DNA of 64,000 bases from positions 2,527,319-2,591,318 of the forward strand of contig CM082594.2 of NCBI GenBank assembly GCA_040954595.2. The letters are read 5' to 3'. Every line of letters starts with the position of its first letter. Position 1 is the stretch's first letter. The translations under genes and the position numbers were made by a program. The DNA comes from Balanoglossus misakiensis (Eukaryota; Animalia; Hemichordata). Below the pieces are notes generated by a model. The model did no database searches, was not told where the DNA came from, and was given only the letters and a program-made list of their open reading frames with translations. Shown here in pieces: positions 27,001 to 37,051 of this stretch.

Positions 27001-29848
27001 TCGACTGAAACGACGAAAAAGTTCCCTGGAGGTACGTACCAGCTGAACCCAACTGTGTTCGAAGCTCTGGCTGATGTGGGAATCGATGTGCCGGAAGACT
27101 GGCGTTATTATCCTTACAGAGCCACATTCGACTTTGAATGTTATCTGAGTACAGATGACTTACCACCTAACCATGCCCCAAAACTTCGTCTGGAAAACAA
27201 AACATGAGCTACTGAGCGTGAGTGTTTGCAGTAATGTTCCACCGTATGAAGCCCCTAGATGTTTCATCTCCAGCGGAAATCCACAAGACCTAGTCAGTGA
27301 AATGCTCAGCTATCTTCAAACGATCAGCGACCATTGCTTCAACATGTTGAAAGAAAAATTTAAAGATGTCTTTACCCGGCTGGACGAAAGAATTGTAAAG
27401 GAAAGAGGCGAGGAAGATGAAGAACACCCACTCGGCCGACTGAAATCCCGCTTGATGAACTACCTCAAGCAGTTGCCTGTTCTTGGCTTTAACTCCGGCC
27501 GATACGATCTGAATGCAGCCAAAGCATATCTGTGGCCAGAGCTCTTGCGACAAGGTACAGTGCGGTTTGTCATCAAGCGGTCTGCAGATTACTTGACTCT
27601 GGAGACAGAGTCACTTCGATTTCTGGACATCTCAAACTATATTTCTCATGGCTGCAGTTACAGTCAGTTTTTGAAAGCGTACAATGCCACTGCGGAGAAG
27701 GGTTTCTTCCCGTATGAATGGATGGATTCTCTGGCAAAGCTGGACTGCACATCACTTCCACCGCATGATGCATTCTACAGTACTCTGAAGGCAGTCAATA
27801 TCAGTATGGAAGAATACCAGTTCTGTCAGAGGGTGTGGGAGACGCGGCGAATGACCACATTCAGGGATTTCCTGACATGGTACAACAATGCCGACGTGCA
27901 GCCATTTCTAGATGCCATCAACAACATGTATCAGTTTTATCGCGAGAGAAGAGTGGATCCCTTTAAAGATGCCATCTCTTTACCGGGCATAACAATGCGC
28001 TATTTGTTCAAACAACTGCCTGCCGACGTTTCCTTCAGTCTTATCAATGAACGCGACAAGGACTTGTACGAGACCTTCAAGTCCAACATCATTGGAGGCC
28101 CAAGCATTATTTTCCATCGGTACCACGAAGCGGGTAAAACCTACATCAGAAATAATAAAACTTGCAGACGTGTCGTCGGATATGATGCCAATGCACTCTA
28201 CCTTTGGGCCCTCATGCAGGACATGCCAACCGGATACTACGTTCGCAGAAAAGCTGAGGAAGGTTTCAAACGGACCATATCCGAACCTATAGCCACTGAG
28301 TGGCTCGACTTTGTAGCAGACAAAGACAACCTTATCATCCGACACAAAGGGAATGGACGAGAAAGACGTCTTGGTGGTCGTCGTCTACCCGTGGATGGAT
28401 TTTGCGAGTCAACTAACACTGTATACCAGTTTCACGGCTGTTACTGGCATGGACACGACTGTGAACTGAACCGAGACAGAGAGTGTAATGAAGTACGAGG
28501 AAAGTCTTTGCAGGAACTGAGAAGAGAGACTCAGAAGAATGAGAACTATATTCGAGAGATGGGTTTCAACCTTGTTACCATCTGGGAGTGTCAATACCGC
28601 GCTATGCGAAAGACAGACGCGGAACTGAGAAGTTTCAGACGCCAAAGAAACAACAGATGCTTCGACAGGTGCTACTCGGTGACAGAAGAACATATCATCG
28701 ACGCTGTCCAGGATGGTGAACTGTTTGGTATGGTGGAATGCGATCTCGAAGTACCTGAACATCTGAGGGAGCATTTTTCCGAGATGTGCCCCATCTTCAA
28801 GAATACGCTAATTTCAAGGTCAGATATCGGTGAACATATGTTTATGTTTGCAGCTGAGCGGGACCAACTGCGAAGTCCTCGTCGTTCTCTGATCAGCAGT
28901 CTCCACGGTGAAAGGCTCCTCATCATTACGCCACTTTTAAAGTGGTACATGGAGCATGGTCTTGTGGTGAAAAAAGTCCACCAGGTGCTTGAGTTCACAC
29001 CAAAAGCTTGTTTCCGTCGATTTGGAGAGCAAGTGTCAGATGCTCGACGACAAGGTGATGCAGATGCCACCAAATCTGTTTTAGGGGACACGATGAAGCT
29101 TCTTGGCAACAGTGCCTATGGAAAAACGTTAATGAATAAGGAGAAACACCTTGATGTGAAGATATGTGGTTTGGCCGAGGCAAGCAAGCTCGTCAACTCT
29201 CAACACTTCAGAAGACTCACCGACTTGTCCAGTGACACCTATGAAGTGTCATCCACCAAACGTAGAATCGTCATCGACCAGCCCATGCAGATAGGACTCT
29301 TTGTCTATCAGTATGCAAAACTGCGAATGCTCGAGTTCTACTACGATTTTATGTGCAGATTCTTCAACAGGTCTGACTTTCAGTATGTTGAGATGGACAC
29401 GGACTCTGCATATATCGCCATTGCTGCTGAAAGTTTGGAGGAGATGGTCAAACCTGAGTTGAAACGAGTGTATAATGCCGAGAAGCACTTGTGGTTTCCA
29501 CGACCCGATCATTATCAACATGACAAGAGAACCCCTGGTCTGTTTAAGGTGGAGTGGGAAGGTGATGGTATTGTGGCGATCAACAGTAAATGTTACTACT
29601 GTTTTGGTGGCGACAGTGGGGATAAGTTTTCATGCAAGGGCGTCAACAAGAAAACTAACCTCGTCACCAAAGAAATGTATCTGGATGTCCTGCAGTCAAA
29701 AAGTCCGAAGAGTGTCGTCAACAGAGGATTTCGGTTGCATGGACTCCACCTCTATACATATCGTCAACTCAAGTGTGGATTCAGCTACCTCTACATCAAA
29801 CGAAAAGTGCTAGCCGATGGAGTGTCCACTGTACCGCTGGAATTGTAA
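24088..29848 (+). CDS. polB: Spliced polyprotein: 5 C2H2 fingers, terminal-protein-like region, vOTU-like domain, protein-primed PolB with VSR-like insertion; two frameshifts in this copy
   Basis: Exons 24088-24186, 24978-25051, 25162-25224 and 25337 onward are in frame. ORF pieces 25269, 25786 and 27155 join at ~25845 and ~27190. Motifs: DNLCFFRC..GHF, ExoI FDFEC, ExoII FNSGRYD, ExoIII YNNAD, YDANALY, VDG..FHGCYWHG, KLLGNSAYGK, MDTDS. Confidence 0.9.
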
Positions 29849-30396
29849 GCAGCAAATTAAACAAAACAAACAACTTTATGCCCGGTGAATTTTCAATTTG
29901 TTATTTGTACAATAATTATATATTTTAATTTTGAAGATGAAACAGAGTTCAGTACAATTTATATATTCTAATTTGGAAGATGAAACAGAGTTCATACATC
30001 TTTCACATGAGTTTTGGTTTTCATGATAAGATTGTTTGTTATTTGACTTGTTGTATTTTATTAAATGTTTATTAAAGATCCCTCGGTCATTGGCGAGAAA
30101 GAAAAAAAAAGTACCTTGGGTAAATTTTAAAATGAAATGAACTGGTCCTTTAAAATTATGTTTTGATTGGATGAATGTTTGGATGAATGGTCATGAGAGG
30201 TTTGCCCCATAGGTCCTATTTAAGGCCCCTTTGCCCGAAGGGCCACAAACAACTCTATTATTTCACAAAGAGACGTATTGAATGAAAAAACCGTTCAGGC
30301 CCCTGTGCCCCTCATGTCAAAATGGTGGCCCCCTCTTCCAAAAGTGATCTGATGTATAAGAGTTCCTGACAGTCACTGACTTATTCAGTTTCTACC

Positions 30397-30540
30397 ATGG
30401 GTGTCCTCCTGCAAACAGCACTGCAGTGGATTGTCACAAACCACCTCTTTTCAAAAGTACTGTTTTACTTGTATTTAGGTTCACTCCCCCATATTGTCTA
30501 CAAGACTATCAAGGCAAGGAGAAAGAAGACAAGAGACTAG
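30397..30540 (+). CDS. 47-aa hydrophobic/basic micro-protein (below the ORF-track cutoff)
   Basis: accATGG start, TATAAG at 30355, TCAGTT initiator A at 30387; MGVLLQTALQWIVTNHLFSKVLFYLYLGSLPHIVYKTIKARRKKTRD*. Confidence 0.5.
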   Translation: MGVLLQTALQWIVTNHLFSKVLFYLYLGSLPHIVYKTIKARRKKTRD

Positions 30541-30579
<39 letters not shown>

Positions 30580-30827
30580 GACGTTATGCCAAGAGTGCGT
30601 AAAAATTGACCCTATCCCGGTTGTCGTGCCAAACATCTATCGAGGCTTGCCAATCACCTGGTTCAGGTGCACAATATCGAAGATAAAGAAATAAGACATC
30701 AATTTTTGAAATCAGCTGAAGTATCCAATTCTCATCGACTGATTCGTGACTTGGTCAGAATCATCACTGCCTTGTACAAACAAGATCGACCACGTCTATA
30801 GAAAGAGACAGCTAGTAACAACAGCAC

Positions 30828-31472
30828 ATGATGGACATAAGATGGCAGCACCCCTTCACTGCCCTGATATGTGGGCCTACTCAATCAGGCAAAACGCAGT
30901 TTGTGAAAAGGTTACTGACGAACAGGGAAACTATGATATTTCCCCCACCGGAAAACATCGTTTGGTGCTATGGGGAGTATCAACCAGCCTATACTGAGTT
31001 GAAATCTCTGATTCCAAGCATCCGTTTTGTTGATGGCATTTCTACAGATTTGGACAGTATGATCTCTTCGCACCGTGCTAACTTGCTGATTATAGATGAT
31101 CTGATGACAGAGAGTGGAAATAACAAAGCCATCAGTGATCTCTTTACCAAAGGTTCTCACCACCGTAACCTCTCTGTGATACTCATCCTACAAAATGCAT
31201 TCCATCGAGGTAGAGAAATCCGCACCATCAGTTTAAATTCCCATTATTTGGTCTTGTTTAAAAATCCAAGAGATGGTTCACAAATTACTCACCTTGCCAA
31301 ACAGATGTATCCAGGACATACTCGATTTGTCCAGGAATCTTTCATCGATGCTACTCGTGAATCCTACGGATACCTCTTTATTGACCTGAAGCCTAACACA
31401 CCGGAAGTCCTTCGTCTCCGCACCAACGTTTTCCCCGGAGAGACTCCATTCGTATATATCAGAAAAACATAA
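30828..31472 (+). CDS. A32/FtsK-like genome-packaging ATPase
   Basis: Walker A GPTQSGKT, Walker B LLIIDD, and SHHRNLSVILILQN. Confidence 0.93.
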   Translation: MMDIRWQHPFTALICGPTQSGKTQFVKRLLTNRETMIFPPPENIVWCYGEYQPAYTELKSLIPSIRFVDGISTDLDSMISSHRANLLIIDDLMTESGNNKAISDLFTKGSHHRNLSVILILQNAFHRGREIRTISLNSHYLVLFKNPRDGSQITHLAKQMYPGHTRFVQESFIDATRESYGYLFIDLKPNTPEVLRLRTNVFPGETPFVYIRKT

Positions 31473-31507
31473 AGGAGTGTGGCAGCATCAAGTCTCATCA
31501 TTTCACC

Positions 31508-31834
31508 ATGTCTCAGCGAATGAGAAAGCACGCTCATTACCTTTCCGTGTTAGGCAAAGGAAATTCCAAACAACAGAGGGGAATTGTGGAAGGAGCCAGT
31601 GCTGACCTGATTCATTGTATCAGCGAGTGTTGTTTGAATATCTTGAAAGGAAGCGTGCCTCTGTCCTCTGGCCAAAGAAATAAACTGGGCAAATACAAAC
31701 ATCAACTTCGCACTTTGGCCAACAGAAAAGTGCCGATTTCAAAGAAGAAAAAATTACTTGTTCAAAAGGGAGGATTCATCACTGCCATCTTGGGACCGGT
31801 GCTGTCTGCCTTGGGAAGTCTCCTGTTTAAATAG
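31508..31834 (+). CDS. Small basic Polinton protein with QKGG site and C-terminal amphipathic helix (pVI-like membrane-active peptide)
   Basis: ECCLNILKG..KKKKLLVQKGG|FITAILGPVLSALGSLLFK; usual position after the ATPase. Confidence 0.8.
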   Translation: MSQRMRKHAHYLSVLGKGNSKQQRGIVEGASADLIHCISECCLNILKGSVPLSSGQRNKLGKYKHQLRTLANRKVPISKKKKLLVQKGGFITAILGPVLSALGSLLFK

Positions 31835-31842
31835 ATGTCAAG

Positions 31843-32622
31843 ATGTCCATGCAACACGTCAAAAAGATGGCCCTGGTGCCACAGGAATTACTAGACACAA
31901 TTCAGTCGCAACAGAATCAGGTGATTAATCCTGTCACCAAAATGTTGACATCACTAGACAAAGAAATGCAGCAGGTCTTAGACCGAACTGACATACCGGA
32001 GGATGAAAAAGCTAAACTATACCAGCAAACTCTTCAACAGTACAGAGCTTACAGCGACAAAAGGAAGGAACCTGTCAAAATCAGTATTGTCCCCAATGCC
32101 ACCATATCGTCCACATCATCGGAAGACAGTACGGGTCAGACTGAGAAAGGACAACAAGACAGTGAAATTCCTATGGATAGTGTAGAACGGGACGTGGTTG
32201 AAAGTGTACCAAAGTCACTTCAGAAGAAAGCGAAACTGATTCTCCAAAAAATCAAGCAACACAAAGCTGTTGCCTGGAATGAGAAAGGAGAACTCACCTA
32301 CGATGGAAATCCCTTGGCAGGTACACACATGGTCGACCTTGTGAATGACGTGTTGCGGAGAAGGAAAACCTTCACGCCTACGGGATGGCAACAGTTTTCA
32401 CAAGTGCTCTCGGCAATGAACGTACCACAAGATCTGGTGGGTAATGCAGACAGGTGGAAATTTATGCAGTCAGCGAAAGCGACGAAACCACTGGGTCACG
32501 CAGTCAGTGATGACGATGAATTTGACGATGAAAATGTGAAGCAGCTCCCCATCAAACGAAAGAAAGTCATTTCAACCCCCGTGAAACCTAGGCATCGCCC
32601 AAAGAGTTGGGTTCAGTTTTAA
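31843..32622 (+). CDS. Conserved Polinton protein of unknown function
   Basis: 259-aa ORF between the pVI-like gene and integrase, with LDKEMQQVL..K..LY and WNEKGEL..G..DLV..P.GW..F..N.P pattern. Confidence 0.8.
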   Translation: MSMQHVKKMALVPQELLDTIQSQQNQVINPVTKMLTSLDKEMQQVLDRTDIPEDEKAKLYQQTLQQYRAYSDKRKEPVKISIVPNATISSTSSEDSTGQTEKGQQDSEIPMDSVERDVVESVPKSLQKKAKLILQKIKQHKAVAWNEKGELTYDGNPLAGTHMVDLVNDVLRRRKTFTPTGWQQFSQVLSAMNVPQDLVGNADRWKFMQSAKATKPLGHAVSDDDEFDDENVKQLPIKRKKVISTPVKPRHRPKSWVQF

Positions 32623-32671
32623 AAGAAATCTGCACTTCAAAACGACGACCATTCTCAAACTGGCTACTGTC

Positions 32672-32968
32672 ATGGAGTGTTGTCCACCCTCTGTTTCCCT
32701 GCGTGACATTCTTAAACGTGTGAGGTGCCTCTGTGCATGTTGTGCTGGTTCTATTGTCGTCCAACATGACCAAATCGATGGACCTGGACCAGCACCTGAG
32801 TCAGGTGTATTACGATCCAAGTCATTCCGCAAGTTTTGGAGGAATCGATGCTGTTTACCGTGCTGTAAGGGAAAGAGGAATCAAGGCCACACGGCAGCAA
32901 GTGAGGGAATGGATGCAGCAGCAAGACACGTACACACTCCACAAACCTGTGAGGTGGAAGTTTCCTAG
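32672..32968 (+). CDS. Cys-rich 98-aa ORF overlapping the integrase 5' end in another frame
   Basis: Strong gtcATGG context, first ATG after the previous gene; CC, CLCACC and CCLPCC clusters next to basic residues. Confidence 0.45.
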   Translation: MECCPPSVSLRDILKRVRCLCACCAGSIVVQHDQIDGPGPAPESGVLRSKSFRKFWRNRCCLPCCKGKRNQGHTAASEGMDAAARHVHTPQTCEVEVS

Positions 32969-33845
32969 AGGCAGGGTCATCGTGGGCGGCGTGGATCAGC
33001 AGTGGCAGGCGGATTTGGCAGATGTGAGCTCACTGTCAAAATACAACAGTGGGTACAGATACATACTGACCTGCATTGACATCCTTTCTAAATATGCCTG
33101 GGCCATCCCTCTGAAAGACAAAAGAGGAATCACACTGGTATCTGCTTTCCAGCAGATATTGGAAGATGGGCGAAAACCAGACAAACTGCAAACAGATCAA
33201 GGAAAAGAGTTTGTCAACCACTTGTTTCAACAATTTCTGAAGAAGGAGGGTATTCACTTTTTCACCACTGGCAATGAAACCAAAGCCTCGGTCGTGGAGC
33301 GTTTCAATCGCACGTTGAAAACAAAGATGTGGAAGTATTTCACCAGAAACAACACTTTGAGCTACTTGCCAATACTTCCTCAGTTGATGCTGTCGTACAA
33401 CAACACTTGGCACCGCAGTATCAAGAGAAAACCCTCTTCTGTCAACAAGACGAACAAACAAGACGTGTGGGACACTCTTTACGGTGACTTTGAAGGAAAA
33501 GTGGTGAAATTCAAGTACAACGTTGGCGATCGAGTGCGAATCAGTAAAGCAAGACGCATGTTCAAGAAGGGCTACTTACCTAATTGGACGGAAGAAATCT
33601 TCACAGTTTCTCAGAGGATCACAGATAGACCGCCTCTGTACAAGTTGACAGATTATGACGGTGAAGAGTTAGAAGGCACATTCTATGAGCAAGAATTGCA
33701 ACGGGTGGACAAGAAAGATGATGTCTTTCGAGTGGAAAAGGTGCTCAAGAAAAGAAAGAGAAAGGGAAAGACGGAATACCTGGTCAAGTGGTTTGGCTGG
33801 CCATCGAAATTTAACAGTTGGGTGACAGACATAGCCAAAGTATAA
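32766..33845 (+). CDS. int: Retroviral-like (c-int) integrase with C-terminal chromodomain
   Basis: WQADLAD, LQTDQGKEF, VERFNRTLK (D-D-E intact); FRVEKVL..EYLVKWFGWPSKFNSWV. Confidence 0.95.
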   Translation: MTKSMDLDQHLSQVYYDPSHSASFGGIDAVYRAVRERGIKATRQQVREWMQQQDTYTLHKPVRWKFPRGRVIVGGVDQQWQADLADVSSLSKYNSGYRYILTCIDILSKYAWAIPLKDKRGITLVSAFQQILEDGRKPDKLQTDQGKEFVNHLFQQFLKKEGIHFFTTGNETKASVVERFNRTLKTKMWKYFTRNNTLSYLPILPQLMLSYNNTWHRSIKRKPSSVNKTNKQDVWDTLYGDFEGKVVKFKYNVGDRVRISKARRMFKKGYLPNWTEEIFTVSQRITDRPPLYKLTDYDGEELEGTFYEQELQRVDKKDDVFRVEKVLKKRKRKGKTEYLVKWFGWPSKFNSWVTDIAKV

Positions 33846-33894
33846 GAGGGACTGATGACATGTAAGTATTGTCAGTGCCATTCCGACGTTCAAC

Positions 33895-34422
33895 ATGGCT
33901 TCACACCCTTTCTTCCTGACACTTCCAAGTAACGCGTCCATGGATCACTTTCCCGACAATGTGCTCACCAACTACACCGTGAAATTACCCAAACGCATTT
34001 CACTCGAGGGTGATTGGGAAGTGGCTCTGATGGAAATCCATTATCCCTTCTCTTGGCCCAAGGTGGCAGACAGCACTCCTCCTCCTCCGACTTACGACCC
34101 CTCTAATAGCGCCGGGAGGATGCCTGCTGTCATGTCAAATGTGAATCGTATCCCATTTTTGTACGTCTACTGCGACATAGTAGACGACCAGTTGGTGGGC
34201 GACACACACGCTCCCCTTTTAAGAGTCATCAACACCAACGGAACGTATGGCAGCATCATCGACAAGACCTTCCAGACGCCGTACTTTGTGCCCATGAAAA
34301 CTCGCGAATTTGACACCGTAGAAATCTACATAAGAGACGAGACGGGTCGCAAAGTACCATTTCAAAGTGGGAGAGTGATTGTGACACTTGCTTTCAGAAA
34401 ACGACGTCCAACTCTTCTGTAG
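33895..34422 (+). CDS. Minor capsid protein (penton, PX), short form
   Basis: FFLTLPSNAS..FPDN..WEVALMEIHYP..LYVYCDIV..VGD..PLLR..IEIY-like motifs. Confidence 0.85.
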   Translation: MASHPFFLTLPSNASMDHFPDNVLTNYTVKLPKRISLEGDWEVALMEIHYPFSWPKVADSTPPPPTYDPSNSAGRMPAVMSNVNRIPFLYVYCDIVDDQLVGDTHAPLLRVINTNGTYGSIIDKTFQTPYFVPMKTREFDTVEIYIRDETGRKVPFQSGRVIVTLAFRKRRPTLL

Positions 34423-34428
34423 TCAATC

Positions 34429-34828
34429 ATGTCGCACAGACGCAAAGTCTACGAAAGTAACCCCGCAGTCTACAAGAACTTTTATGTGGATCAGGTGGGT
34501 AATGGTGCAGCATTCCAGGGGGCAGCATTACAGAGAGGGTACGGCTTGGGAGGTCTCCTCGGTGGACTCTTCCGTGCTGCCACCCCTCTCCTGAAACAGG
34601 GTGCCAAAGTCATCGGTCGGAAGATGTTGAGCACGGGTATGGACATTGCAGGGGATGCGCTGAGTGGACGCAACATCAAAACATCTGCGAAAAAAGCGAT
34701 TGATGCAGGCCGGAAAAGAACTCGTGTTGGACCACAGGGCAAGGGGTATAAAGCGTAAGCCCTCGGCGAAACGTGTCATTTCAAACACAGCCAAGCGACA
34801 GAGAAGATCTCCCGACATCTTTGACTAA
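34429..34828 (+). CDS. Basic core protein (pVII-like) with a +1 frameshift in the A6 run at 34690-34695
   Basis: QVGNG..QRGYGLGGLLGGLFR; removing one A gives KKRLMQAGKELVLDHRARGIKRKPSAKRVISNTAKRQRRSPDIFD*, ending 16 nt before the capsid ATG. Confidence 0.78.
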
Positions 34829-34844
34829 CATCCGCACTACCGCC

Positions 34845-36176
34845 ATGGCATTTCTTCACGAACACTCTTGTGAATGCACAAAGAGTGAACTGGACTTGTT
34901 CACCGTTCCGCCGACTCAGACGAGTGTCGAATCGGGGCATTGGGAAGAAGTCCATCCCCTGACACACATTGTGGAATCAGGGCCTATTGAATTTGTGATC
35001 TCAGGAACGGGCGAAGACTACGTGGATCTCTCTTCCACACTCCTCCTGATCAAGGCCAAAATTACCAACGCAGATGGTACCAACCTTGAGGAAAATGCAC
35101 CCGTCGGCCCTGTGAACCTCTGGCTGCACTCACTGTTCAGCCAGGTGGACGTCCACCTCAATGGGAAAATGATATCCAATCCTTCCCCTACCTATCCCTA
35201 CCGAGCGATGATAGAAACATTGCTGAATTACGGCCAAGAAGCTAAACAAACTCAGCTCACTTCAGCCCTCTTCTACAAAGACTACCACATACAAATGGAT
35301 GAATCCGATCCCACAAAAGCAGGAGCAGCAGCCAATACCGGATTGAGGGACCGCTATGGCTTTACCCGTATCAGCAAAGTTGTCGACATGGTGGGACCCA
35401 TCCACTCTGACCTCTTCTTTCAACCCAAATATCTCGTGAATGGCGTTGAATTGCGTCTCAAACTCAATCGAAGCAAGAACACATTCTCCCTTATGAGTTC
35501 TGCCGAAGAGGCAAGCTTCAAAGGCGTGATCACCGAGGCCACTTTACTGGTCAGGAAAGTAAAAGTCAGTCCGTCTGTACTCTTGGGCCACGCCGAAGCA
35601 CTGAAAAAGGCTCCCTCCAAATACCCCATACACCGCTGCGTGATGAAAGTGCTATCCATCCCCGGAGGCACAATGTCTTTCAACAAAGACCACATATTTC
35701 TGGGACAGCTACCCAAACGAGTGATCATTGGTCTGGTGGACAACGATGCATTCAACGGTTCCTATAAAAAGAATCCTTTCACATTCAGACATTACGACAT
35801 GACATCGGTCGTCTTGAATATCGGAGGCAAGCAGGTGCCGAGTAAACCCCTGAAGACGGATTTCTCCTGGAACGGAGGCCAGAAGTACATCATGGCTTAC
35901 CACTCTCTCTTCAGCGGAACCAATAAAATGGGTCGAGACGAAGGGATCAACGTCAATCGAGCCGAATACGACAACGGATACACACTGTTTGCCTTCGATC
36001 TCACACCTGACCTGTCTGCAGACGGAGGGCATTTAAACCTGGTCAAAGAAGGCAATCTAGGGTTGGAAATACAATTCAGTCAGGCTCTCACCAACACAGT
36101 CAACCTGCTGGTGTATGGGGAATTGGATAATCTCATCGAAATCGACAGAGATCGAAACGTCCTCTTTGATTATTAG
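34845..36176 (+). CDS. Double jelly-roll major capsid protein (PY/hexon-like)
   Basis: MAFLH..CTKSELDLF..PPTQ, PIEF, YVDL, HSLFSQVDV, YPYRA, G.Y.KNPF.F, FAFDLTPD. Confidence 0.95.
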   Translation: MAFLHEHSCECTKSELDLFTVPPTQTSVESGHWEEVHPLTHIVESGPIEFVISGTGEDYVDLSSTLLLIKAKITNADGTNLEENAPVGPVNLWLHSLFSQVDVHLNGKMISNPSPTYPYRAMIETLLNYGQEAKQTQLTSALFYKDYHIQMDESDPTKAGAAANTGLRDRYGFTRISKVVDMVGPIHSDLFFQPKYLVNGVELRLKLNRSKNTFSLMSSAEEASFKGVITEATLLVRKVKVSPSVLLGHAEALKKAPSKYPIHRCVMKVLSIPGGTMSFNKDHIFLGQLPKRVIIGLVDNDAFNGSYKKNPFTFRHYDMTSVVLNIGGKQVPSKPLKTDFSWNGGQKYIMAYHSLFSGTNKMGRDEGINVNRAEYDNGYTLFAFDLTPDLSADGGHLNLVKEGNLGLEIQFSQALTNTVNLLVYGELDNLIEIDRDRNVLFDY

Positions 36177-36180
36177 AACC

Positions 36181-36684
36181 ATGGACACCATCACGTTATC
36201 ACATATACTGAAGACCGATAGGTACACATCGCCCACCTTTGGTGGAATCAGGGCCTCGGATCAACTGCCGAAAAGACGCCTGAAAACTTTCCCAGCAGCT
36301 TATGTTGCCAACGTGGATCCAAGTACTCGACCTGGAAAACACTGGGTGGCGTTCTTTTTCCCCGGGGACAATCGGGGAGAATACTTTGACTCATATGGCC
36401 AACCACCAAAGCCGAACACTTTTGAAAAGTTTCTCAACAGAAACTGTGATAGATGGACCTACAATGGACAACGAATCCAAGGACCACTTTCTTCAGTATG
36501 CGGACAGTATGTCCTCTACTATTTGCTACATCGATGCCGCGGTTGGACCATGGCCAATGTTGTGAAACAGTTTACCGAAGATTTGAATTTTAATGACTAT
36601 TTAGTGAATGACATTATTGAGAAAATGACTGGTTTTGACTTTGATGTTCACGATGTTAACTTTTTGCGTGCACAGTTTCAATAA
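36181..36684 (+). CDS. Adenain-family cysteine maturation protease
   Basis: PGKHWVA, EYFDSYG and IQGPLSSVCGQY (H-D-Q-C intact). Confidence 0.93.
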   Translation: MDTITLSHILKTDRYTSPTFGGIRASDQLPKRRLKTFPAAYVANVDPSTRPGKHWVAFFFPGDNRGEYFDSYGQPPKPNTFEKFLNRNCDRWTYNGQRIQGPLSSVCGQYVLYYLLHRCRGWTMANVVKQFTEDLNFNDYLVNDIIEKMTGFDFDVHDVNFLRAQFQ

Positions 36685-37051
36685 CTATTCTGGTGTTATA
36701 TTGGTGCACTTTTGTTGTATTCCAGTGTTATTATTCTTGGTGTGTTGTTGATTGGAGTTCATAAAACGAATATTAAACTGAAAGTGTTGTACGTCATTTA
36801 AGGCTCTGTTTGTCACATTATTTCCCTATTATGTACAAGCACACATCAGACACACACAAACAAGAATATCACAAAAGAAACCGATTCCTTTTTAAAAATG
36901 ATGAAAGCTAAATTTATTTCTAAAAGCCAACAATGAACACTTTAAACAAGTAACAATACAATAGTAAAGTGGGAATTCAATTTACATTTTTTTTTTTAAA
37001 TGTCCGTGAAACAACAGCAATGAAAACACAAATTTCAAGCAAAAAAAAAAG

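Noticed and set aside
29908-29995. ~43-bp tandem duplication after the pPolB stop
   Set aside because: AT-rich 3' UTR slippage with no evident function.
30494-30694. Poly-Lys ORF
   Set aside because: Non-ATG start and derived from the A37 run; the upstream 47-aa ORF has better signals.
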